Positions 10,401 through 20,143 of a stretch of DNA of 24,642 bases are shown piece after piece. The translations under genes were made by a program, and so were the position numbers. Where the stretch lies: positions 62,001 through 86,642 of the forward strand of contig QPGO01000016.1 of NCBI GenBank assembly GCA_008632985.1, in the 5' to 3' direction. The stretch's first letter is position 1; the number at the start of each line of letters is the position of its first letter. The notes under the pieces are model-generated. The model was not told the origin of the DNA, did not search any database, and saw only the letters and a program-made list of their open reading frames with translations. This DNA is from Psammoneis japonica. Lineage: Eukaryota.

Positions 10401-11414
10401 CCTCTCTCACAAAGCTGTCAACTCACCAAGAATGTTGCTGAGCACTGTGTCATCATTGGAGGGGGCTACAAGAGGAAGATGATCCTGGCAGGTGAGGTGA
10501 CTGAGGAAGAGATTTTGGAGTCCCCAGTGCAGAGGTTGGCCAAGGGCATGTGGCTCCTCCTGGAGCTGCCATCATCAACCATCTGTCTCCTGCTTCAGAG
10601 ACAAGTGCTGTTGATGGGGACTTCAAGGCAGAAGGCCCTGAGCTGCAATCCAACACAGTGGGCCCACATGCTGGTGCAACAAGCAGTGCCCTTGCTTTGT
10701 TCTCTCTAACAAAGCAAAGTGCTGGTGACACATTGACGCCAGCCAACATCAGAAGCTGTGGTGCTGCCAAAAGAGGCCCATGTGTCCAAGGAGATGAAAC
10801 AGGGCAGCAGCATGGCACCACAGACAATTCCTTCAAAGAAGAGGAAAGTGGGCATCGTGGAAAAGCCAACCAAGTCAATGCAAAATAAAGAGCAAAATCC
10901 AATAAGTCCAGAGCTGATGGCAAAGCATGGCAGCAGCAGCAGCAGCCAGCCATTGAATGGAGCCAGAGACGTCTTCGTCTGCCTGCATGCCGCACCGGCA
11001 CCGGGCACCGGTGTCAGTATTTTTTTCGGCATGACGATGACAAAGCTCGCCGGATTGTGATCATCACATTAAGTCGACATTTTGCATTGGCGTGTAAAAA
11101 GGAACCTTTTTCGTGGTACGTTGAGTGTTGTTGATCTTCTCAGAAAAAGCATTTGATTACAACAAAGTATGCTTTTGATCTGCGACGCATACTTCTAATT
11201 CTACTTTTCATCTGTTTTTACGTTGGTTCGCGACGTGGTTTGTACCAATATGAAGTTGGGCTCCATGCGCTCGAACTACACTCCTTCCAATCACACTTCG
11301 GCATCAGGCCTCAGACCGGCGGACGCATTGTGCCTTATAACATGAGATTCAAGATGTTCCGCAATCAAGGTTTCTCGTACAATCATTTGTTCATTCCTGT
11401 TGCGCCATTCGCCA

Positions 11415-11990
11415 ATGGCCTTTTCTTCTAAAGCGTCTTCTGCTAGGACCTTTGTTATTACCGGTGCAACCGATGGGATTGGTCGGCACACGGCAGAAAA
11501 GCTTGCTTCTGATGGGTATGGATTGGTTATACATGGACGCCGCCCGGAGGTTGGTATGGAGGTGGCAGAAAATTTGAAAGACCGTGGTGCCGCCTTTTGT
11601 CACTACATCAACAGCGATTTGGCAGATTTAGCTCAGGTGAATCAGCTAGCAAAAGAGATTGGGAACGTGGTAGACAAGATTGACGTTTTAATCAACAACG
11701 CTGGCGTCTTTGATCCAACGCCGAGGATTTCAAAGCAAGGACACGACATGACGTGGGCTGTCAACGTCATGGCTCCCTATTCGTCTTGACACGAAAACTG
11801 CTGCCACTTGTGGCGCGTGGTACAGACCCGAGAATCATTGCAACATCCTCAATAAGCCAGTCATGGTCAATGCCAAGTCTGGATGATTTGTTTGCAAAGG
11901 ATAAAGAATTGGAATCCACGGGATACTCGGCGCACAGAGCCTACAGTCATTCGAAATTGGGGGAATTTGATGTTTATCTGTGAAGCTGTC
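11415..11990 (+). pseudogene. Short-chain dehydrogenase/reductase (retinol-dehydrogenase-like), frameshifted and 3'-truncated
   Basis: TGATDGIG Rossmann motif, DLADL, DVLINNAGV, AVNVMAP. A 2-nt insertion at ~11778 shifts the frame; it then continues FVLTRKLLP...TSSISQ...catalytic YSHSK. Further 1-nt indels occur near 11960-11978 and homology is lost after ~11990. Confidence 0.85.
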
Positions 11991-12641
11991 GGTGCTCAGC
12001 TTGTCTATTTGGAGAGCTTCTCTGTCCACAAAAGGACTTGCAGTGGGCCCATCACAATATCCGGATGCTTATGATGTACGGGTAACTCTCGTATTCCCTG
12101 AAGAGAGCATGGTTTGTGTCTGTGGGTTGTTTCTGACTCCGTTCCCTATACAGGGACATCGCTTGTACATGGAGGACAACTATTTGCTACGTCATGGGTG
12201 GCTTCTCCTCCAGCCTAGTCACCATATTATTGTCCAAAGCCTTTTTGTCAGTTTCTTTGACTCTGACAGCAAGGATGGTTACGGTCGCAGTAGGGCCTGT
12301 TACATGCAATTGTATGTTCACCGTTGAACTCATTGTGGTGCTGTAATGGAAGATGATACAGTGACGGCGTCTCCTGAAAACATTCGTCCTCCAGAAGAAG
12401 TCGTTGAGCGCCGCATTCAAGCAAATGGAGTGGACGAAGAGTAAGAGAAAGATGACGAGAAGACAAATAGCGTGCCGTCGTTTTGGAAATGCTGGGGGAC
12501 TTGCCATCTGCCGGTGAGTATGCACTTGCAAGCGTTCGACCACATTGCTTCTTGTTCTCTTATATGCACTGTGTTTCGTTTTATTGATATCAAAGCTCCT
12601 GAGAAAATTGTGTTTGTTTGCAAATATTGAATCCAGCGACG

Positions 12642-14287
12642 GACTACCGGAACATGCTGGTTGGGGCCGTTCATGGATGCGCTGTGTGATTCTTCAATTT
12701 TGCCGGGTCGGTTGTTACTGCCCCATGGACTTTTTGGCCGCGGATGGTGCTATGCAGGTTGCTCTTTTTGTCAGAGCTTTTCCATCTCGCCCAAGTTGTT
12801 GGGTTTCGTCGAGGATATTGTACGCATGTCTCTGGATCTTGGGTGAATACTCGCATACGGAGGAAACCGATGTGGAGGCCTTTGAAACTACTTCCATCAG
12901 TTAGGTCCGACCCCATCCTTGATCACCAAGGAAGAGAATCATGAAGAGAAGCACGAAGGAGGAGAGGTCCCAAAACGATTTCTAAGAACGTTGTGTCTGT
13001 CGACGTTACTTATGCGACCCAAACCGTCTACTCCGAAGCCTTCTGCCGGACGAGTCGGATAATACTCCTCATTTGCGCAAGATGGCGATTGGTGGCGACG
13101 TCTTTTCTTGGGAACCATTCTAGCGTCCTGCCTGACCAAGTTGTTTTTGTGGGCTATGGATCAGCCTCAAATGGTTGCATTGGCGATTAAGAAAATGACG
13201 TCCGATACGCTGCTTATCATGTGCGGCGAAGTCAGAATATCCGAGGCCAGCGTTTCAGGTCAGCGTCCCGCTGTGGCTGATTGTTCGGAACGCATTACAC
13301 TATGCTGCCGTGCGCTATTGGGCTCCAAGGCTTGTATTTTACTCAAGGATACTCTCCTGAATGATCGCAAAGTAACGTTTGCCCAGTTTCTCAAGACGCT
13401 CAGGGACAAAGAAACCACAGATGCTTCGGCCGACGACGAGGACGACACAGGCATACTGGCCACGGCGCAGCTTGACGACTTGATCCACTTTCGTCAGCTG
13501 TATTCCATGGCTGTTCAGGGTGGTGATGCCGACTTTGATGGCGGAGACGATTTGGAACGTGCCACTGGGTATGCCGGTGCCAACGATTTGCTTAGTTCCG
13601 AACTCAATCATGTCTACCAACTCAGTGGGTTTGCGGATAATGTCTACGCGGAGGCCTTTGTCACGGTCCATGATTATGACATTGTTTTGGAGATTCTGGT
13701 CATCAATCGTACTCCCAACACACTAGTCAACTTTACGGTGGAGCTTGCCACGATGGGTGACATGAAAATCGTCGAACGCCCGCAGTCTCAAAATATTGGC
13801 CTTCTCGATCAGATCACCGTCCGAGCCTCCATCAAGGTCTCCTCCACCGAGTCGGGGCACAACTTCGGCACCATTGTCTACAAAGACACAGCGACATGAG
13901 AGAAGGGATACATCAATCTCAATGGTATTCACATGGACATTATGGGTTACACCCCCCCCGGCAACTTGTACCGACGAAGCCTTTCGATCCACCAGAGCGT
14001 GCCCGTGTGGGATCAGTCCTTATGCGTACCTTTAGCGCATTGGTGCATAATGTCTATTTGCTGATACAACTCGAGTTTCGCAGTCTTTGAACCACCAACT
14101 AACACACTCGTGCTTTTTTTGTTCTTGTAGTGTCTTTGGCGAAGACGCCCTCGTACATGTTTCGGTCGAGAAGGAGGACGACAATGACGGAAAGTTGGCG
14201 GGGTACATACGGATTCGCTCCAAGACACAAGGGATTGCTCTTAAATTTGGGAGATCGCATCATCAGCGTTCAGAGATCCATGCCTGA
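12642..14287 (+). pseudogene. COPB1: Coatomer subunit beta (beta-COP) pseudogene: C-terminal half with deletions
   Basis: Recognisable blocks DYRNMLVGAVHGCAV*, MDFL..DGAMQVALFVR, CLWILGEY, TYATQT, DDLIHFRQL, YQLSGFADNVYAEAFVTVHDYDIVLEILVINRT, IKVSSTESG, INLNGIHMDIM, PATCTDEAFRS, SVFGEDAL and GYIRIRSKTQGIAL. In-frame TGA at 12687-12689 and 13897-13899, plus frameshifts and missing segments. Confidence 0.9.
14098..14130 (+). other. Intron 3' end (branch point, pyrimidine tract, acceptor) retained in the beta-COP pseudogene
   Basis: ACTAAC (~14098) ... TTTTTTTGTTCTTGTAG ends at 14130, directly before T-GTC-TTT-GGC (S/VFGEDAL). Confidence 0.65.
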
Positions 14288-15281
14288 AACCAAGCAGTAA
14301 AGCAAATGATCGGGATAAGGAACACCGAGTGTATTTTAAACTAAAAAATACCACTTCTTTAGCATGACACTGCACGAACTAGCCCCACTGTTGTGTATTG
14401 ATCCTACTCTCTAGAGATGCTTCTCTCCCTCGGTTTGATTTCCCGGGCTACTACTAGGGTCGATCGCTTCCTTGACGCTAATAGGGAACGGGCCTTACAA
14501 GGAAAAGACCCGTGGAATTGGGCTATGTGGCTCAAGCCTCTACTAGCAATAGATATGGTTTGCGATAACAAGATTATAGGGACCCATTTTAGAACAAGAA
14601 GATTGAAAAGCTACATGAATACGAACATCAAAGTTCTATACATTTATTCTAGACGCCACGGAATGTTATCCTTCGTTTACTACCCCAGAGAGGAGCCGCT
14701 ATCCTTCCTGGCGCATAAACAAAGTCATTCCGTGACGCCAATACTTACCTAGCAATATCCGTTCTTTTACAATTCATTCTCCACGTCCGAAATAAGTAAG
14801 GATTTGGTTCATTGACTACCGCGGGTCTTGAACAAATACAGAGTTGTCGTTTCGCATTGAAGCACCAATCATGCCTGGTACACATTTTGTTCCGGAAAAC
14901 ATAAGTCGCGGGGCGGGACCCACTGTTACTTGAACCTTGGTACTTCAAAAAAGACTGACTGCCGCATCGTTTCAAGTCGGGTTGTCGAACCGGGGTATAG
15001 GGTGTATTTCTATGTTGACAAAATAAAGATGAAAAGCAACGTCAGTAAACAAATCTCGAATGAAAAGAAAAATAGACACGAAATCGACTTACATTGGGGG
15101 TGCATTCGAATGTAACGTAACACAACGAACGCACCCCATGGTATTGAATTGCACGACAAACTCGTGCAATGTTGGCGAGTCTTTGATGCGCACAAAAGCT
15201 GTATTGTACCGTGACATGGAATCGAGAGATGCCCCCATGCATGCTCGATTTCCTAGGGTACAGAACAAGCAGTTAATGAGT

Positions 15282-17518
15282 CTAGCGGCGACTCATGATC
15301 CTTGCGGATCTACGCACGACACGCCCAGTGTTGGACGAAAGAAAGAGACTGCCAGTGGCTTGACGGAGCCTAGGCGAGCGTCTCAATGGGACAGGATGGA
15401 CTTTTTCCTCCTTGTTTCTCACAACTGTAGCAAAAGGAACAACACCCTCCTCCACCACTGGATCATCGTCGGCAGCCATATCCAGAACGTCCAATGCATC
15501 GTCAGGCTCCTCGGCTACTACTCCAAGAACGACTTCCTCTTCATCGTATGCAGTAATTGCAGGATCGTTTATGGTGTCAGCAACAGCAGGTTCCTCAATG
15601 ACAGGAGCGGGAATGATTGCCTCTCCGTCGATTGTTGCCTCGTTCATATCAACTGCAGGATCGTCCAAGGCTTCATCGTCAGGAACCATATCCAGAACGT
15701 CCAACGCATCGTCAGGCTCCTCGGCTACTACTCCAAGAACGACTTCCTCTTCATCGTATGCAGTAATTGCAGGATCGTTTATGGTGTCAGCAACAGCAGG
15801 TTCCTCAATGACAGGAGCGGGAATGATTGCCTCTCCGTCGATTGTTGCCTCGTTCATATCAACTGCAGGATCGTCCAAGGCTTCATCGTCAGGAACCATA
15901 TCCAGAACGTCCAACGCATCGTCAGGCTCCTCGGCTACTACTCCAAGAACGACTTCCTCTTCATCGTATGCAGTAATTGCAGGATCGTTTATGGTGTCAG
16001 CAACAGCAGGTTCCTCAATGACAGGAGCGGGAATGATTGCCTCTCCGTCAATTGTTGCATCGTTCATATCCACTGCAGGATCGTCCAAGGCTTCATCGTC
16101 AGCAGCCATATCCAGAACGTCCAACGCAGGCTCCTCGGCTACTACTCCAAGAACGACTTCCTCTTCATCGTATGCAGTAATTGCAGGATCGTTTATGGTG
16201 TCAGCAACAGCAGGTTCCTCAACGACAGGAGCGGGAATGATTGCCTCTCCGTCGATTGTTGCATCGTTCATATCCACTGCAGGATCGTCCAAGGCTTCAA
16301 CGACAGGCTCCTCTTCTACAGCAACAGGAACGCCCATCTCCGCATCGTCTGGTGCGTCGTCAACAGTCACAGTAGGTTCGTTCAAGGCTTCCCAAGGCTC
16401 TTCAACAACATCAGGAACTACTTCCTCCACAGCATTTAGATTGTTGTCCGTGTCCTCAGCCGGTTCCATATCCGAAATATCCGAGGCATCGTCAGCAATG
16501 GGGTTAATGTCCGTAGCCTCAGCGGGTCCAACGGCCGCTGTAGTCCGTACCCAGCCATGCCAATGATCACACCAAAGATCAGAGTCCCAGTAATGAATAC
16601 TTTCTTCCTGACCCGCATCAAATTCGAGCATCGCCACAGCCAACTGCTCATCATTCAACACGGGTATCACACGGGTGTAACGTGCGCGTCGAAGAACGCG
16701 TTTGGCAGGCACACGGGTTGGATTGGGAGGAGCGTCACCAACGCAATGGTTCTTAAGCATCATTTGGTCAGGTTTCCACCTGACATGCCTTTCTACTGGA
16801 ACAGCAAGAGCCTCGGCCGGTTCCATGGCCGCTTGAGTCCGCACCCAGCCACGCCAGTGATCATACCTTGGATCCGCATGACACTCACGAATGTATCGGT
16901 CTTGTTTCCGGTCAAACTCAACCAGCGCTGCGGCCAATCTCTGATCATTCAATACGGGTATCATATGGGTGTAGCGAGGGATTCGAAGAATTCTTGGAGC
17001 AGTCACGCCGGTTGGATTGGGAGGAGCGTCACCAACGTAATGGTTCTTTAGCATCATTCGGTCGGGTCTCCATTTAACAAGACCGCCACCAAATAGTTTT
17101 GCTTCAAGAGCAGCAGCCACGGGAACAGAAACCGCAAGGGAACGTAGAGGGCATTATACATGGTCCATACAACCACTGCAACCGCGAGAGTAGCCGCAAC
17201 CGCATCGCACGCTCGATCCCAAAGAAGAGTCGACAGGTCGTCAATTTCCATAATTCGGCGGTACAAGAAATAGACAATCAACTTCAACGAGGAGTATATG
17301 AAGATCACAGCATATAAAGCGAGGAGAGCTGTACAGACTCCTACAGCGAAGGACGCCAGTTCTTCAATCATGCATCGGATCCCGTCCATTGCAACGCTCG
17401 AGAATATCCAAAGTTCCCAAAGAAACCCGCTGACGATTCGGCCGTGGTTCTGCTTACCGTGAAATACGCGTAGCAGAAGATTCATAAAGAGAACGAGTAG
17501 TGCAATATATGCAATCAT
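15282..17518 (-). CDS. Probable single frameshifted gene: N-terminal hydrophobic/TM region (17054-17518), duplicated ~98-aa domain, four acidic 70-aa repeats and a basic RRSxR tail (15282-17120)
   Basis: The 154-aa hydrophobic ORF overlaps the 612-aa ORF. The latter has only a GTG start with a TAA just upstream (~17155), so one indel would fuse them. C-terminus is LRRSPRL...VRRSARI. Family not recognised. Confidence 0.55.
15463..16299 (-). repeat. Coding tandem repeat, 4 x 210 bp, near-identical
   Basis: TCCAGAACGTCCAA recurs at 15481, 15691, 15901 and 16111. The last copy on + has a 6-bp deletion. The frame is preserved (70-aa acidic unit). Confidence 0.95.
16515..17077 (-). repeat. Older internal duplication, 2 x ~294 bp
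   Basis: GATTGGGAGGAGCGTCACCAACG occurs at 16721 and 17015. The protein repeats W(R/K)PD.MMLKNH.VGDAPPNPT...IPVLND...DHW.GWVRT. Confidence 0.9.
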
Positions 17519-17767
17519 AATGGGGGTAGTGGTATCAATAAAGATAGATTGGTAATAACAGTGTTGGTTTCAATGCAAGCAAAACTTGAAATTGTGTGGT
17601 GATCGTGACGGTCGCTCGTTGTTGTGGCTGGTAGCATTCGTGAATGCGTAGAAACTGTACTGGAAAAGCCCGTAGAGAAGCCGACCGTCAGTCACGCTTT
17701 TCAAGTTTTGACGGGAAGTTGCGGCACGTTTGCATTCGGTTGCTCGTAGGCTCTACACTGTAGCTAG

Positions 17768-19719
17768 CAGCAGGAAGAAACGAAAATCAGAGGTCATCAA
17801 AGCATTCCAAGAGATGCCTGTGGCCCATGGAAATGTTCTGAAACACAGGGAGAGGCAACACACCGGCCTTGAGCGCCTTGGAGCTGATGTCTTTGGCCAC
17901 ATTGGCAAGAACCCATCCCATGCACAAAGTCAAAGGTGTGCTGCAACAAGAGGCAAGGTGTGCTGGGCTTGATGCACTTGTCTCCCACCACCTCAGCAAA
18001 CAACCCAGGTCATCTGCACACAACTCTGCCTTTGATGCAGCTGGCACTTGCTGTCAAAGTGGCTGTGCAGAAATGTGCAAAATGTGGGTGAGACTCATTG
18101 CCAAGTTTGAGCCCACTGCGGCAAGAGAGGGAGACCCTTGCAAGTCAGAACTTTGGAGGTCTCATGACCTGTCCACCCCCTGAGCTGTGGGGCAACAACA
18201 AAGTTTAGAGTGCCAGTGATTTGTTTTTGTGCATGGATCAGACCCAAGCATTTGACACGGATCAAGTGATTGGAGGCTGCAAGTGCAGCAGATGAGCCTT
18301 GCAATGCTCCGCCACTGCTCTCAAAGTGTTCCTTGGGTTGTTCCAAGGCAAACTTCATCGCCCCAAGCCCTCAGTTGTTCAGTTGGTTGGGCGGTTGCAT
18401 CAAGGCCCTCTTTTGCTTGGACTCAGCAGCTTCGGGTCTCACTCACTCTGGAGTGGGTTGAGTGACTCTGGCGGCTGCAACTGCACCAGACAAGCCCTTG
18501 CAACACTCCACTGCCATTCTCAAAGTGTTCCCTGGTGCCCACCAGAGTCCCTCAATGCCCTCAGCCTGCTTTTGTTGTGTTTTTTGGTTGCATCAGTGTG
18601 TCCATTCACACTCTGGAGTCAGGAGTTTCAGCTTTTTCACTCTGTCGTGGATCAAGTGATTGGTGGTTGTGACTGCACCAGGCCCAGATGAGCCTTGCAA
18701 TGCTCCGCCACCATTCTCAAAGTGTTCCCTGGGGTCCACAGGAGACCTTCAATGCCCTCAGTTTGCAGTTGTTGGGTTGTTTGGTTGCATCAGTGTGTCC
18801 GCTGACTCTGGAGTCAGGAGCTTCAGTGCTCACTCTGGCGCGGTGGTGGATCAAGTGATTGGTGGCTGCAACTGCACCAGACGAGCCTTGCAATGCTCTG
18901 CCACTGTTCTCAAAGTGTTCCCTTGGGTCCACAGGAGACCTTCTCAATGCCCTCAGTCTGCATCTGTTGGGTTGTTTGGCTGCATCAGTGTGCCCTCTGA
19001 CTCTGGAGTCAGGAGCCCCCCAGAGCTCTCTCTCTCTCTCTGGCATGGATCAAGTGATTGGAGGCTGCAAACACAGCAGATGAGCCTTCCAATGCTCCGC
19101 CACTGTTCTCAAAGCATTCCTTTGGTTCCAAGAGAGCACTTCAATGCCCCCAGCCCTCAGTTGTTTGGCTGGTTGCGCCAGGCGCCAGGGTTCTTTCTCA
19201 CTTTGGACTCAGCAGCTTCAGGTCTCACTCTGTCATGGATCAAGTGATTGGTGGCTGTGACTGCACCAGGCTCAGATGAGCCTTGCAATGCTCCGCCACT
19301 GTTCTCAAACTGTTCCCTGGGGTCCACAGGAGACCTTCAATGCCCTCAGTTTGCAGCTGCTGGGTTGTTTGGTTGCACCAGCCACCAGCCACCAGCCAGT
19401 GTGTCAATTGACTCTGGAGTCAGGAGTTTCAGCTCTCACCACTCTGGCACGGATCAAGTGATTGGAGGCTGCAAATGCAGCAGATGAGCCTTGCAATGCT
19501 CTGCTGCTGTTCTCAAAGTGTTCCTTGGGTTGTTCCAAGGGAGCACTTCAATGCCGCTGTGTTCCAAGAAGGAATCAGGAACCTTGAAGGGGGGGGGTTG
19601 GAGGCGGAGAAGAACGATTTCTTGTGTCATCATCCGAACAAACGCATCAACACATCTCACTTCGACAAACTGCTGTTGCCCACAGCGTCCACTCTTCTCT
19701 CTTCTTTTGCAAGCTCCCT
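17768..19719. other. TpA-depleted hypermutated domain 2
   Basis: Only one TA seen (TTAG at 18206) in ~1.95 kb, whereas both flanks contain normal TA. CpG is reduced but partly retained. Confidence 0.9.
18258..19555 (+). repeat. Tandem array B: ~7 units of ~190-215 bp, same family and orientation as array A
   Basis: GATCAAGTGATTGG(A/T)GG anchor at ~18260, (18460 degenerate), 18650, 18849, 19048, 19238 and 19452. Each is followed by a GATGAGCCTTGCAATGCTCC...TCAAAGTGTTCC-like motif. Confidence 0.92.
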
Positions 19720-19732
19720 TTACCATTAAAAA

Positions 19733-20143
19733 ATGAGTCTCAATAACATATCCAGCTCTCTCATTACCCCCACGCTTGCGTCCTTTGCAGCGTGCCAAGT
19801 TACTGGGTTTCTTTGGTACGGACCCTTGTTTGGAAAGCTCTGGATGAAAAAGATGAAAGAGGATGATCCTACGTTTGATGTTCACGGCTCGACTCCAGTG
19901 CTTGGAGCCGCTGTCACGTGGTTGACGTCGTCTGCCATGTTTTCATGTTTGGTATCCATGACGGGTGCTGCCAAAGGTGCGGAACTTGTTTCGCTCGCGG
20001 GAACGGCGTGGCTGGGCTTTACCGTGCCCGGTCACGTCTTTGCCGTCCTATTTGAAGGCCGAAACGTGACTGTCAATGTTTTAGGCTCAGCCTACATTCT
20101 TACCTCCCATCTTATAATGGCTGGTGTTCATTATTTGCTTTAG
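19733..20143 (+). CDS. DUF1761-like small multi-pass membrane protein (136 aa)
   Basis: GFLWYGPLFGKLWMK motif typical of DUF1761, four hydrophobic segments, ATG preceded by AAAAA, normal dinucleotide content. Confidence 0.75.
   Translation: MSLNNISSSLITPTLASFAACQVTGFLWYGPLFGKLWMKKMKEDDPTFDVHGSTPVLGAAVTWLTSSAMFSCLVSMTGAAKGAELVSLAGTAWLGFTVPGHVFAVLFEGRNVTVNVLGSAYILTSHLIMAGVHYLL

Larger units (their letters stand above)
3028..10970. other. TpA- and CpG-depleted hypermutated domain 1
   Basis: About 18 TA dinucleotides found by eye in ~8 kb, with none seen in 3028-4208 or 8579-10352. CpG is also rare and TG/CA very abundant. ORFs here are almost Tyr-free and rich in Cys/His. Confidence 0.9.

Noticed and set aside
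3028..10970. Classical RIP, plain CpG deamination or an alternative genetic code as the explanation for the composition
   Set aside because: RIP enriches TpA. CpG decay does not remove TpA, and domain 3 keeps CpG. Neighbouring genes use Tyr codons and standard stops normally, and the depletion is frame-independent.
10990..11020. GC-rich CACCGG repeats/hairpin as a Helitron 3' end
   Set aside because: No clear CTRR terminus or matching 5' end could be identified.
15060..16566. 459-aa and 384-aa plus-strand repetitive ORFs
   Set aside because: Antisense frames of the 210-bp coding repeat; the minus frame extends beyond the repeat and is more protein-like.
19026..19597. Short (CT)n run at ~19026-19041 and G9 run at ~19589-19597
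   Set aside because: Ordinary simple repeats with no evidence of function.
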